64,000 nt of DNA, taken from NCBI RefSeq assembly GCF_001194135.2, contig NC_068991.1, positions 67,082,566-67,146,565 on the forward strand, written 5' to 3'. The DNA comes from Octopus bimaculoides (lineage: Eukaryota). Both the position numbers and the translations under genes were made by a program. The notes beneath the pieces were generated by a model. It saw nothing but the letters and a program-made list of their open reading frames with translations. It did not search any database and was not told where the DNA came from. Positions within the stretch are counted from its first letter, which is position 1; each line of letters starts with the position of its first letter. Positions 26,866 through 40,149 of the stretch are shown here, piece after piece.

Positions 26866-27416
26866 CCTCCATATAAATAAACACACATAAATACAACAGG
26901 CTTCTTTCAGTTTCTATCTACTAAATTCATTCACAAGGCTTTGGCTGACCAGAGCTTTAGTAGAAGACATTTGCCCAAAGTTCCACACAGTGGGACTGAA
27001 CTTGAAATGACAAGGATGGGAAACGAAGTTCTGGACCATACAACCATGCCTATGCTTCATAAGCTAAATAAAATTATGGGATTACAGACATATCTAACAT
27101 GGCAGGGGATAGTTAATAGCCTTCAACTGGGAGAAAGAGGCTGGACCTACATCATTGCAGGGCATCACAGGCAACATATGGTCATTGTACATATATACAT
27201 ATATGTATGTGTCATTGTGGTTGCCCCACCACCACCACCACCACTGCTTGAGAACTAGTATTTGTTGTCCCTGTAACTTAGCAGCTCAGCAAAAGAGACC
27301 AACAGAATAAGTACCAGGCTTAAAAAATTAAGTATGGTAGTTGATTTGTTAGATTAAACTTTTCGAGGCACTGCCCCAGCATGGCCAGTTTAATGATTGA
27401 AACAAGTAAAAGATAC

Positions 27417-27649
27417 AAGGCGGCGTACTGGCAGAAACGTTAGGACGCCGGGCGAAATGCTTAGCAGTATTTTGTCTGCCGTTACATTCTGAGTTCAAAT
27501 TCCGCCGAGGTCGACTTTGCCTTTCATCCTTTCGGGGTCGATTAAATAAGTACCAGTTACGCACTGGGGTCGTTGTAATCAACTTAATCCTTTTGTCTGT
27601 CCTTGTTTGTCCCCTCTATGTTTAGCCCCTTGTGGGCAATAAAGAAATC
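27417..27649 (+). mobile_element. tRNA-derived SINE, family C, with Meta/LF-SINE-like core and 19-bp TSD
   Basis: B-box GAGTTCAAATTCC; core GGTCGACTTTGCCTTTCATCCTTTCGGGGTCGAT..TAAGTACCAG. TSD TGAAACAAGTAAAAGATAC at 27398-27416 and 27650-27668. Confidence 0.85.
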
Positions 27650-28486
27650 TGAAACAAGTAAAAGATACTCCATTATCACAGATGTCTGATATGGAAATCA
27701 TCAACCAGCTGTGATTCTAACAGTGGACACCGTATATGCAGGGATCAGATATTGATGATAAATCTGAATTGATTGTACTAATCCATGTTTTCAGCTGTCT
27801 CCTTCACTCTTTATGCCCTCCAGTGAAAGGATCCAGTGTAATTGCATGGCAATGTAGCTAACTTCTTAACCACAGAATTACACATCATCACCTTTACACT
27901 TATTTTCTAGGAGAATCACAGAGCTGCAGATGACAGAATTGTTAGAACATCAGACACAAATGCCTTGCAGTATTTAGTTATGACACTTTACACTCTGATC
28001 AAAACCCTGCCATGGTCAACTTTGCCTTTTATCTTTCCAGAGACAACAGAATAAAGGAATAGTCAAGTATTGGGGCCAATGTAATCAGCTATTTCCACTC
28101 CCCAAATTTGGAGCCTTGTACAGCATCATCATTTAATGCCTGTTCTCGATGCTGGCATGGGTTGGATGGTTTGACAGGAGCTGGTCAACTGGAGAGCTGC
28201 CCGGGGTCCCATTTTGTCTGTTTTGACATGGTTTGTATGACTGGGTGCCCTTCCTAAGAACCAACCACTTCACAAAGTGTACTGGGTGCTATTAAGTGGC
28301 ACCAGCACCCATGAGCCCACAAAACTAGGGACCACTCAGCTGAGAAAGGAGGATGGTAATAGGTGTAGGATTAGCAGCTCTGTACTATGTATTCTCTGCA
28401 TTGATATTGAAATGGTAACAGAAAAATATATGAAACCAGTCTTGATAAAGGGAGTTAGTCTTCAGAGACTGCATATGAAATAATAT

Positions 28487-28875
28487 TGTTGTTGTTGTTG
28501 GCACTCCGTTGCTTACGACGTCGAGGGTTCCAGTTGATCCGATCAACGGAACAGCCTGCTCGTGAAATTAACATGCAAGTGGCTGAGCACTCCACAGACA
28601 CGTGTACCATTAACGTAGTTCTCGGGGATATTCAGCATGACACAGTGTGACAAGGCTGACCCTTTGAATTACAGGCACAACAGAAACAAGAAGTAAGAGT
28701 GAGAGAAAGTTGTGGTGGAAGAGTACAGCAGGGTTCGCCACCATTCCCTGCCGGAGCCTCGTGGAGCTTTAGGTGTTTTCGCTCAATAAACACTCACAAC
28801 GCCCGGTCTGGGAATCGAAACTGCGATCCTATAACCGCGAGTCTGCTGCCCTAACCATTGGGCCATTGCGCCTCC
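28487..28875 (-). mobile_element. tRNA-derived SINE, family A, full length
   Basis: Reverse-orientation copy with (GTT)n at the left. TSD ATGAAATAATAT at 28475-28486 and 28876-28887. Confidence 0.9.
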
Positions 28876-30045
28876 ATGAAATAATATAGTGAAAGCCAAA
28901 AGGAAGAACTGGAATCACAGCCGATTGCTATACCTGGGGACAACTGTAATCCATTACCAAAGACTGAGACAGAGGGAGATCTCTTGTTGCCACTCTACAT
29001 GGAGTTAAAGGAATTAAGATGATATTCAGCTTGAATATCTATAAGAAAAACATGGGCAAAGATTATGTTCAAGAGGGATGTACATCCTGGAGAGGAAGGG
29101 GTGAAAAAAAATGTTTACTATTTTTGTTGCCAAATTTCTGCTGAAATACACAATCTTTGTTTCAATTGGTTTTGAAAATAATGAAGAATTTTGTAAAATA
29201 ACTTTGCCATTGTTAAGCTGGTGTTTGAAACATAAATCAACATACAATGTTGATGGACTGTTTTAATTTAGATTACTTCAAAACAGGCCCATTGCCAGAC
29301 TTGATGCCTGGGGGTGCTTCAGAATATTCTGGGTGGGCACTAATTTGTAATAATGCTAAAGTGGAGTTATGATATATGTATATCACTGTAAATCTGAAGG
29401 TGCACCATTGAATAATAAGTGGGGCAAGTGTTGTCCAGTGCACCACCTACCCCTAGCGATGAGTATGCTTCAAAGCAAGAAATTTGTATTACAGAATCAG
29501 ATGGTGTCTCAGGGGAGTTAGTATCACAGGGTCAATGTTGTTTGGAGGCACAGCAGAAATGATAAGTGGGTGGTCATCAAGTGGACTTGAACGGGGTGGG
29601 GTACACAGCTTGAAAAACTCATGGAAGCACACAGTACAGAAGGATCAAAAGAGGAAATTGGAGTAAATGTGAGCCAGTGTTTGTAGTATGCTTGTTTAAC
29701 CCCAGGTCAGACCTGAACAAGCAGATCAAAGATCAAAAGCATTCCAGCAGTGATCATCCTGGAAAACTAAGATGTGCAGTGCAGATATTAAAAGACTGGG
29801 CTCTCAATCATAAAATTGTGGTTCAATTCCTGGTCTAGGAAGTATGTTGTATCCTTGGACTAGGCATTTTACTTCATATTGTTCTGGTACATTTAGGTAG
29901 CCAAAAATGAATAAGATTGACACAGAGTGCCTTGTTAGCACCAATACCAAGTCAGTAGTATGGTGAAAAATCTTCAGGCATGAAAAGGGATACATCCCAG
30001 CTGTAGAATATTTTATCCTACCTTTACCATTTTATATGAGGTTAC

Positions 30046-30438
30046 AGGCATGGCTGTGTGGTTAAGAGGTTCACTTCCTAACCATGTGGTTTTGGGTTCC
30101 GGTTCAATCCCATTGTGCAAGTGTCTTCTACTATAGCACCAGGTTGACCAAAGATTTGCGAGTAAATTTGGTAGATGGAAACTGAAAGAAGCCCATTGTA
30201 TATATGAGTGTGTGTTTTCTTGTTCTGATGACAGATGACAGTTGTAAATGAGTGTCACTGTCATACAAGTGGTGTCATTTTCTGTGAAAACCATTTCTGT
30301 TGAAGGGGAAATGTTATCTTGCTTAAAAACAAGTGAGGGTTAGTGACAGGAAATGCATCCAGCTGTAGAAAATCTGCCTCAACAGATTCTGTCTGGCCCA
30401 CTTAAGCATGGAAAAGTGGAAGCTATGACAACGATGAC
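30046..30438 (+). mobile_element. SINE with family-B head/CORE and RTE-type 3' tail
   Basis: Head GGCATGGCTGTGTGGTTAAG, ...AAACTGAAAGAAGCCC, then ...GACAGGAAATGCATCCAGCTGTAGAAAATCTGCC...AAGCATGGAAAAGTGGA, the tail shared with the RTE 3' UTR. Confidence 0.7.
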
Positions 30439-33130
30439 TACATTATCCAAAGCACGTCCCCTTTAAGACAATAGAGTATGGTTTGAGGGTACCCCATTTG
30501 GCTTGAATGATTATGTCTGTTGATGGTGGCGTCATAGTCAATCAGTAGAATATTTTTATGTGTAGCAGCTACCCATAGAAGTATGTAAAATGTTCTTTCA
30601 GAGTGAGACTTTAAGTAAACTTTGTAGAGAGCCAGTAAAACAATATGAGACACACAGACAAAGTTGGCGCCCAACACATTGAAGTTTAAATAATGGAGAG
30701 CTGGATTATTACAAAATCATCATTCATCATCATCATCGTCGTTTAACGTCTGTTTTCTATGCTGGCATGGGTTGGACGGGTTGACTGAGGTTTGGAAAGC
30801 CAGCGACTACATCAAGCTCCAATCTGATCTGGCAATGTTTCTACAGCTGGATGCCCTTCCTAACACCAACCACTCTGAGTGTAGTGGGTGCTTTTTACAT
30901 GTCACCAGCACAAGGGCCAGTCAAGCAGCTCTGACATCGATCATGTTCGGATAGTGCTTTTTACATGCCACTGGCACAGGAGCCAACCAGGGTGCACTGG
31001 CATTGACCACATTCGGATAGTGCTTTTTTTCATAATCTGCTTTCCATGCTGGCATAGGTCAGACAGGTGATTATGGTCTTTCAGAATTACTATCCTCCTA
31101 GACAGGTCAGGGGCAGCATTAGCGTCAGATGTCCATTGTTAATACCAACCACTTCAGTGTGTATCAGGTGCATTTTATCATGGCACCAGCACTGGAGAGG
31201 TTGTCATGTTCTCAATAAGCCAAGACTACAGAATCCTCTGTCGTATTCTCTTTACGTATCTACTATTCTTTTACTTGTTTCAGTCATTTGACTGTGGCCA
31301 TGCTGGAGCACCGCCTTTAGTCAAACAAATCGACCCCAAGACTTATTCTTTGTAAGCCTAGTACTTATTCTATCAGGCTCTTTTGCTGAACTGTTAAGTT
31401 ATGGGGAAGTAAACACACAAACATCAGTTGTCAATCGATGGTGGCGGGGGGCAGATTGAATAAGTACTAGGTTTACAAAGAATAAGTCCTGGGGTCGATT
31501 TGTTCGACTAAAGGCGGTGCTCCAGCATGGCCGCAATCAAAATGACTGGAACAAGTAAAAGAATAAAAGAACATATACGATGGGCTTCTTTCAGTTTCCG
31601 TCCACCAAATCCACTCACAAGGCTTTGGTCGGCCCGAGGCTATAGTAGAAGACACTTGCCAAAGGTGCCATGCAGTGGGACCGAACCCAGAACCATGTGG
31701 TTGGGAAGCAAGCTTCTTACCACACAGCCACTCCTGCCCCTACTGCACTTTTCAGCTTTCTCCTCATGCAAGTTACCTGTGACCCTCCCCTTTTAATAAT
31801 GGCCCGGTCAAGCATCATATTGAGCCACCAAGACAGTGGCTATCTGCTTGATCAATCAACTAGAAATAGTAGCTAATTTTTCAAATACCTCTTCTATCAT
31901 AGAGATCCTGGATGAGTTATGGCAGGGAAAGAGATGAGATGGTCATGACTGGAGTCCTACTGACCTTAGGTCTGTTCAATCAGAGCTGATTTGGGGGCTA
32001 GACAACATTTATCATCTCTCTCATATCATCTCTACACAGACTAGCTACCTGTCATGGCCTCATCGTTGTTTTGTCTCTTGTTTATTTATTATGGCCTCCA
32101 GATCCCTGCAGTAGTGAAGAAAACCAAGCAAACTCTACTCCCTTCTTGTTAAACAGTCTGTCAATCCTTCTTGAGTGACCTCCCCCCTCCACCACCATCT
32201 CCTTTTATTCATCATCAAATCCTGTTCTCCTCTCAGTATTCTGGCAATCCTTCTTCACAAGTGACCCCCCCCCTCCGCCTCTTTTGTTATGGTCATTCAC
32301 TTTCTCCTCTCTTTATTACTCTGTCAAACCTTCTTCTCAAGTGACAGCCCCCACTTCCCTTGCAAAACTATCATTCCTTCTTCTCCAGTGATACCTCACC
32401 CCACCGCACTTCACTCACAGCCTGTCACTCTTGTTTGTCATTCTCTTTTCCCTTTCTGCTTAGCTGTCTCACTCCTCATACCATAGTTGTTTCATCTTGA
32501 TGTTATGTTGTTCCTTAGCCCTAGGCCAGACCTAATTTCACAAACTATGAACAAAGCCATCATTCATCCAGGATCATAATTTTTTTTTCCTGGTATATTG
32601 TCTAAAATATCCATTTTTCTTTTACACACAACAGGAAATGATTTGAGATACAAATAATAAATGAGTATATGCATATATACGTACATGTATGTACATACTT
32701 ACATCTACCTGTATATATAGATGCATATCTGGGTACAGGACATTGCAAACAAAACGTAGACAAAATGATAAACAAAGTATAGACCACATAGAGAACATTT
32801 CCTTCATCAGCTGCCACCATTCTAACACTGGCGTTTCGAAGAGTTAGGGCAGATATTTTGGTTGCTATTTCTAAAGAAACTACATAAAAACTCACTCACT
32901 GGTCCATGTGGTTCTGTCAGTAGACCTATGACCCCAAAACATTACAGCCATTACCCTACAGTCTTAGACATCTAGGACCCATCCATATGAAAGTTATCTC
33001 CAAAATTTTTATGCATATTTTTCACCATCATTTAATGTCCACTTTTCCATGCTTGCATGGGTAAGACGGAATTTGCTGAGGCAGATTTTAATGGTCAGAT
33101 GCCCTTCCTGTTTGCTGAACCCTTAATTAT

Positions 33131-33172
<42 letters not shown>

Positions 33173-36100
33173 TCTTTTACTTGTTTCAGTCATTTGACTG
33201 TGGCCATGCTGGAGCACCGCCTTTAGTCGAGCAAATCGACCCCAGGACTTATTCTTTGTAAGCTTAGTACTTATTCTATCGGTCTCTTTTTGCCGAACCG
33301 CTAAATTACAGGGACGTAAACACACCAGCATCGGTTGTCAAGCGAAGTTGGGGGGACAAATACAGACACACAATCATATATACACATACATATATATATA
33401 TACATATATACGACAGGCTTCTTTCAGTTTCCGTCTACCAAATCCACTCACAAGGCTTTGGCCGGCCCGATGCTATAGTAGTAGACACTTGCCCAAAATG
33501 CCACGCAGTGGGACTGAACCCGGAACCATATATATATATATATATATATAAAACTTATGAGCAAGAGACGATTTGGATCATGACGACTCTTCCACCCCAT
33601 GCCAGCATGGAAAACAGATTTTAGGACGATTTGTGATGTGTGTGTGTGTTATAATGGTCATGTTACTAATTAATTAGACACAAAGAATATTCTAAACCCA
33701 AAACAGTTATTACTTGAGCCAATGAGCATTTACGTGGGTGCTAGAAATAGCAACCAAATTTCCCTCAAATCAAACCATATCAGATTGAAGAAGACACATT
33801 GAACAATGTAGTGAAATATGATATAAAAGGACGAGATGGTCACAACTGGAGCACTTTTTGATTACAGGTTTGCTTTATCAGAAATAATCTGCAGCTAAAC
33901 AACAACAAAGTCATTACTTCCAGAGATTGTCATTGAGTAACACTGTACAACAGGTTTTCAACTGCTTCCCAAGATCCTAATAGGACCTGAAACGGTTATG
34001 GATGCTGTCCCTCCGTATTACATTTAATAAAATAACAATATATATATATGCTAACAGAAAAACAACAATACATGCACCTTATATGGATGTTTCATTATGC
34101 TAATATATCATCATCATCGTTGTAACAACCGTTTTTTCCATACTGGAATGGGTTGGACAGATCTACCGTACAACGCATCGTTATTTGTCTCAACCAATAT
34201 CCGGAAATCTAACTGAATCACTTCGTCTCCGATTTGACTGAATAAGTTTCCTTCAAATACCATAGGATTTCTTAATCAATGAAGAAGCCTTAGTCAAATG
34301 TCTTGCTGAAGGACACGGAAAATAACAAATTATTATATATAATATTTCGCATGTGAGGTGAGACTATTTTTCACTGCTAATCCAATGAGAGCCCACCCCT
34401 ACTTTCTAATTAGACTAAAAGGTGAGAATTGTGGTTAAATACAGACAAGTTTGGAGCGGTGTTGGAGAGGGTTCTTGGTAGACAATTAGTAGTGTGAGAC
34501 ATGTCAGTATGACCTGAATATATACACTGACAAATAATCCGAAGATTGCTCTCCCACCCCATTTACACACACACCACTGTCCATATTCAAATTTCGACCA
34601 AAATAAAAAGAGAAGAAGAAAAAAAAGCAATAGATAAAAATAACCTGGGCAACGTTTTACTAATTAGAAACTTCACTTACTTTTACAAAAACTTAATATT
34701 TCATCCCATCAACAACTACAACATTAAAAGGAACATTTTTTTTTCTAATTGTGTGTCAACTAATTACCCAGAGGGAAGGGAGAAGAAAAGAAAAACATGT
34801 TTGTAAATTGCTTAGAGACAATTATATATAATAACATCAACTGCGGATATTTTTATCGATCAAAACATCTGAATGGGATGAAAATTTTGAAAGAAAAAAA
34901 AAAACACCTACACACAAGTATGTGTACGTGTGTGTGTATGTACGTCTGTGTGTGAATGTGTGTGTGTATGTAATGTAAAATGTTACAAATAGTTGATGTG
35001 TTGGAAAATTTCTTTAAACGATCAGAAGTGGGGAAAAAACACAGCTGAAATGGTAAGTCTGGGCAGTGAGTCGCTAATGAGTAACATACATACGCACAGT
35101 CACATACGTACACATACGTGTACACACTCACGCATACATGCATGTGTAGAGAAGATGGTGACGGGGTATAGATGCGAGTGTGTCACCAAGAAAGGATGTC
35201 TCGGTGGGGTCCAGCACCAGAAACTCAATTCAAATAGCCAATAGAAACAATATGGCGAAATTGTCAGAATGAATTAATGAAACAAAATAAATTAGAGGTA
35301 GGAGAAGAAAAATAAAATTGTAGGACCTTGATTAAACGAGACAAAAACAAAAAATACGGTGGAGTGATAGGGTGATAAATAAACACAGGTTAATAAAGGA
35401 GAAGGTTGAGAACGAGAAAGAAACGAAAAGAAAAAAAAAGAACAACTTCTAGAAACACATGTCAAAAGCAAACACCTGCTAGGCAAATTGATCGTTCATT
35501 TTTCCAATTAGATATTGGATATTAAAACAGAAAAAATAAAAGGAGAAAAAATGAATTTATTACAATAAAGAGGTACCAAATGAATTCACAAGTGAGCATT
35601 GATAAAATATTTAGGTCTAATAAAAAAAAAAAGCGGAATAGATTGTCTGACCTATTGTTTTTGTAAAGTCAATATATTGCGGTGTTATAATAAATAGCCT
35701 TAACGGGTTTTTGTTGAACAACGAGCATTCTTATTTATCATATTATTATTACTACGGATAACGACTTAGCTACGAATGAATAAAGAAGCAGTGTTGGGGT
35801 AGGATCCACAAGTGGCTATTTCTGTGAGAATCCACTCTACACAGTAGTAGTACAGCTTCCAGACTGACACACACGCAACACGTGTGGATTTGTTAAATAA
35901 GAAACGAATAAAAACCTATAGAAATGTCAATCAACCTTGAATTTATTTATTTTTCGGAAAACGAGCAAATTTTTAAGATAATTATTTTTATCTAAGACTA
36001 AAATCCAAACTATAGATCTCGCGTGTACATTGTGATCCAGTGGCTTTCTGCCTTAATTTTAATTCAAACATGCGTCAGTCAACACGCGCCGAATGAAGGC

Positions 36101-36296
36101 TGGTAAAAATAAAACGCACATGTTTAATATATGTATCTGTTGATGCATGTGTATCAGTGTACGTATATATGAATATCTGAATATATATATAACAGTGCAC
36201 AGATAAACGTGTGAATATACAGACATACATGTATGTGTGTATGTATTACATGTGAATATATGTGTCTAAGTGTAAGTTCATGTTTGTCTTTGTGTG

Positions 36297-36331
<35 letters not shown>

Positions 36332-36738
36332 AATGTATGTATCTGTGTGTATATGTATGTCTGTGTGTGCTAGTGTACAAGATATGGTAGTAGTGTATCA
36401 CCACTGCCACAACCGTTACATAAAAATCAACAACAGATTTTTAAAAAGATACATTTGAAGCTAAAGATGGAATTAAACGAACGGTGAATAATAATAAAGA
36501 AATTTTATATTTCGTAGGAATTCCGACACGCTCAATGAAGCATGGACTTTAAAATTATTATCATTATTATTATCATTATTATTATTATTAGTAGTAGTAG
36601 TAGTAGTAGTAGCAGTGGTAGTATTAATGATAATAATGGTAAATCACAACACACAAATAACATCTAAAAACTGCAAGCTTTCTTGAAGGTGTCAACAAGG
36701 TAGTAGTCAGACACTTATCTACATATTTATTTCCTTAC

Positions 36739-36985
36739 CGAGTAGGTTGATCCGAGGCAAATCTTTTTTTCCCATCCGAACATTGTTCTTGAAATGAAGA
36801 CTACACACCCTGCTGCTCTCTTTACTAATTCTCTCCACGTCGCTGGGATCATTGAGGTTGTAGCCGGCTCTTTCCACCCACTTTCGCAACAGTGGACGGT
36901 CATTCCACGGCAACCGGTAAAAATGGATCGCCTGGTTTTTCTTCTGGACACTCTTGCAACCTTTCACAATACAACTACTCGGCAT
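36739..36985 (-). CDS. THAP-type (C2CH) zinc-finger coding exon, first coding exon
   Basis: MPSSCIVKGC...HFYRLPWND..LLRKWVER...SRVCSLHF...DLPRINLL shows the THAP signature C5/C10/C61/H64 with the conserved F-x2-LP, W and F. It ends at a strong phase-1 donor CTCG|GTAAGG (36738-33). Acceptors CAG lie at 37002 and 36996 just upstream of the ATG. Confidence 0.9.
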
Positions 36986-37464
36986 GGTTCCCCACCTGTG
37001 ACTGGTACAAGACTTCCGTTCTCAAGGATTAACCATTAAAACATACTCCAAACCTCATTGGGCCACCACCACCTCCGTCGCTCTCAGCTCGTCAATTTCT
37101 CTTCTCTTTCCCTCTCTATATCTGACACTCCAGTTCCTTTCTGCAGTCACTGTCTGTCTAACTCACTTCCCTACTCTCTCTCTCTTACTGTCTGTCTCTC
37201 TCTCTCTCTCGCTCTCTCTCTAGCTATTTCTTCCTCTATCTGTCTGACACTCCTATTCTTCCTTCGATATTCTCTTTCTTTTCCTTTCTATGACACTCCT
37301 GTTACTTTCTGCTTTAGCAACAGACACATACACACACGCTCTCTCTATCCTTATCTCTCATTACACTTTCTTTATTTAAGCTGCTACTCTTTCTATCACC
37401 TTCTTTCTTAAACACTATTCCTCTTTATGTCAACTGCATGTTGCCTCCCCACCGTCTTACTCAC

Positions 37465-37560
37465 CGCTACGGCTCCCTCCTCCACCGCTCAATCACCAGT
37501 TTAAATGTCCACAAAAACTTCCGACTTTATAAACATTTTTGTCACCAGTGAATCAATACC
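37465..37560 (-). promoter_or_regulatory. Candidate TSS and non-coding first exon of the THAP gene
   Basis: CpG-containing segment with an ETS-like TCGGAAGT, ending at a perfect donor CGG|GTGAGT (37464-37459), ~470 nt upstream of the THAP acceptors. Confidence 0.45.
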
Positions 37561-37664
37561 CACTACACACACGGATACCTATACATACATGTGTATGTAT
37601 ATATATAGTTTTCTTTCATATATATATATACATAGTTTATATACATATCTATCATTTCTCACTG

Positions 37665-37720
<56 letters not shown>

Positions 37721-37934
37721 CAGACCTGAGTCTGGTGCAGTTCCCCAATTTGCCACCTCTGGTCAACCGTCCAACCCATGCCAGCATGGACAACGGACGT
37801 TAAATGATGATGATAATGATGATGATGATGATGATGATACACACACAGTGTGGAATGAGAAGAATGTATATATATTTTGGACTATAACTATTTAAGTAGA
37901 TATGTGTGTGTATTTATCTATCTATCTGTGTGTG

Positions 37935-37983
<49 letters not shown>

Positions 37984-38075
37984 TGATAGAAAGGACAACA
38001 AAAGAAAGAAAGAGACCTCGATATTATGTAAATAGAGGAATTTATCTGTAAAAATATGTGACACTACCGAATAAA

Positions 38076-38115
<40 letters not shown>

Positions 38116-38928
38116 AAAGCATAACTTTGCTTCAGTTTTATGATTTTATTAAGGATTTTTTTAGCTCTCCTGATCAACCCCTAATATCTTATGTGAAACA
38201 ATGAATTTCTAAAGCCTCTTCAATGTTCCAAGATTTTCTCTGGTTTTTATCATCGGTAAGAAATTATTTCAGTGGTTATTGTTATTAACTGTCAGGGTGA
38301 GAAAGAAAGAAAGAGTCATAATTCTTTTTACGATAGGTACTGTGTCCGATGATGACAAACTTTCAATAATCTGACCTTTAACATTAGATTTCTTTAAGCA
38401 ATAAGGAAGAAAGTTGGCCAGGGAATCTGCTAGTATTAGGTTGTTGTTAGTGTATGATATCTAGGCGCTGAGTTTTGTATTATATATGGCTATTAGTATA
38501 GCTTCTTTGAGTGAAGAATTTTAGAGGTTTTAAAAGGCAAGACATGATTATAAATGGCATAATGATGAACTTTTCTACTAATATCTCCAAGAAGAAAAAG
38601 CAGTTGAGATATTACTGGGAAATATTTACAAATATCAATTATCAGAACCACCCACAATACTAGTATGTATATATACATCCTTTGGAAAATTACTAGTTTT
38701 CTACAACTTAGATTTCCTTTCATAATTTACAGGGTAATACTGCCCAATCTTATGGTACCAGGTTCAATCCCACTACACAGCACCTTCAGCAAGTGTCTTC
38801 TACTATAATCCTTGGCCAACCAAAGCCTGGTGAATGGATTTGGTAGAGGGAAACTGAAAGAAGTGCATTGTATGTGTATGTATGTATGTATGTATATATA
38901 TGTATGTATGTATGTGTATGTATGTGAA

Positions 38929-39245
38929 GGCATGTGGCTTAGTAATTCGGATATTCAGCTCACAATCATAAAGTTTGATTCCCAGTAGCACATTGTTTCC
39001 TTAAGCAAGATACTTTATTTCACATTGCTCCAATCCATTCAGCTGGCAAAAAATGAGTTGTACCTGTAATTCAAAGGGCCATCTTTGCCACATTCTGTGT
39101 CACACTGAATCACTCTGAGAACTACATGAAGGATACATGTGTCTGTGAAGTGCTCAGTCCCTTGCCTGTGAATTTCACATTAACAGGCTGTTCCATTGAC
39201 TGGATCAACAGGAACCCTTGACATCATAATTAACGAAGTACCAGG
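38929..39245 (+). mobile_element. Old chimeric SINE: tRNA head plus CORE plus family-A tail
   Basis: GGCATGTGGCTTAGT head; CCTTAAGCAAGATACTTTATTTCACATTGCTCCAATCCATTCAGCTGGCAAAAAATGAG core; then TGTACCTGTAATTCAAAGGGCC...GTGTCTGTGAAGTGCTCAG, as in family A. Confidence 0.65.
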
Positions 39246-39778
39246 TTCGTTTTTTTTCATGTTATGTACATGTGAGTGTGCGTGTATGCTCGTGTCTCCT
39301 TGTCTTAGCATTAAATGATAGCTGCAAAATCATTGTCACAGTCATTCAAGCAGTGTCACTCATTTCCAGTATTCTGCGAGAACATATCTGGCCATCGAGA
39401 AATATCATCACCTTTCTTGGAAACAAGTAAAGGTTGGTGACAGGAAGAGCATCCAGCAGTAGAAAATCTGCCTCAATAAACCCTAGTCAACCCATGTAAA
39501 TATGGAAAAGACACAGGAGTGGCTGTGTGGTTGGTAGCTTGCTTACCAACCACATGGTTCTGGGTTCAGTTCCACTGCGTGGCACCTTGAGCAAGTGTCT
39601 TCTACTATAGCCTCAGGCTGACCAAAGCCTTGTGAGTGGATTTGGTAGATGGAAACTGAAAGAAGCCCGTCGTATATATGTATATATATATATATGTATG
39701 TGTGTATATGTTTGTGTGTCTGTGTTTGTCCCCCCACCATCGCTTGACAACTGATGCTGGTGTGTTTACATCCCCGTA

Positions 39779-40133
39779 NNNNNNNNNNNNNNNNNNNNNN
39801 NNNNNNNNNNNNNNNNNNNNNNNNNNNNNNNNNNNNNNNNNNNNNNNNNNNNNNNNNNNNNNNNNNNNNNNNNNNNNNNNNNNNNNNNNNNNNNNNNNNN
39901 NNNNNNNNNNNNNNNNNNNNNNNNNNNNNNNNNNNNNNNNNNNNNNNNNNNNNNNNNNNNNNNNNNNNNNNNNNNNNNNNNNNNNNNNNNNNNNNNNNNN
40001 NNNNNNNNNNNNNNNNNNNNNNNNNNNNNNNNNNNNNNNNNNNNNNNNNNNNNNNNNNNNNNNNNNNNNNNNNNNNNNNNNNNNNNNNNNNNNNNNNNNN
40101 NNNNNNNNNNNNNNNNNNNNNNNNNNNNNNNNN
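39779..40133. other. Assembly gap
   Basis: N run. Confidence 1.
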
Positions 40134-40149
40134 GTGTAGTGTTGGCGAG

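Noticed and set aside
32795-32840. CGAAAC...CTGATGA on - resembling a type II hammerhead core
   Set aside because: Stem I does not pair and the stem II closing pair is A:C.
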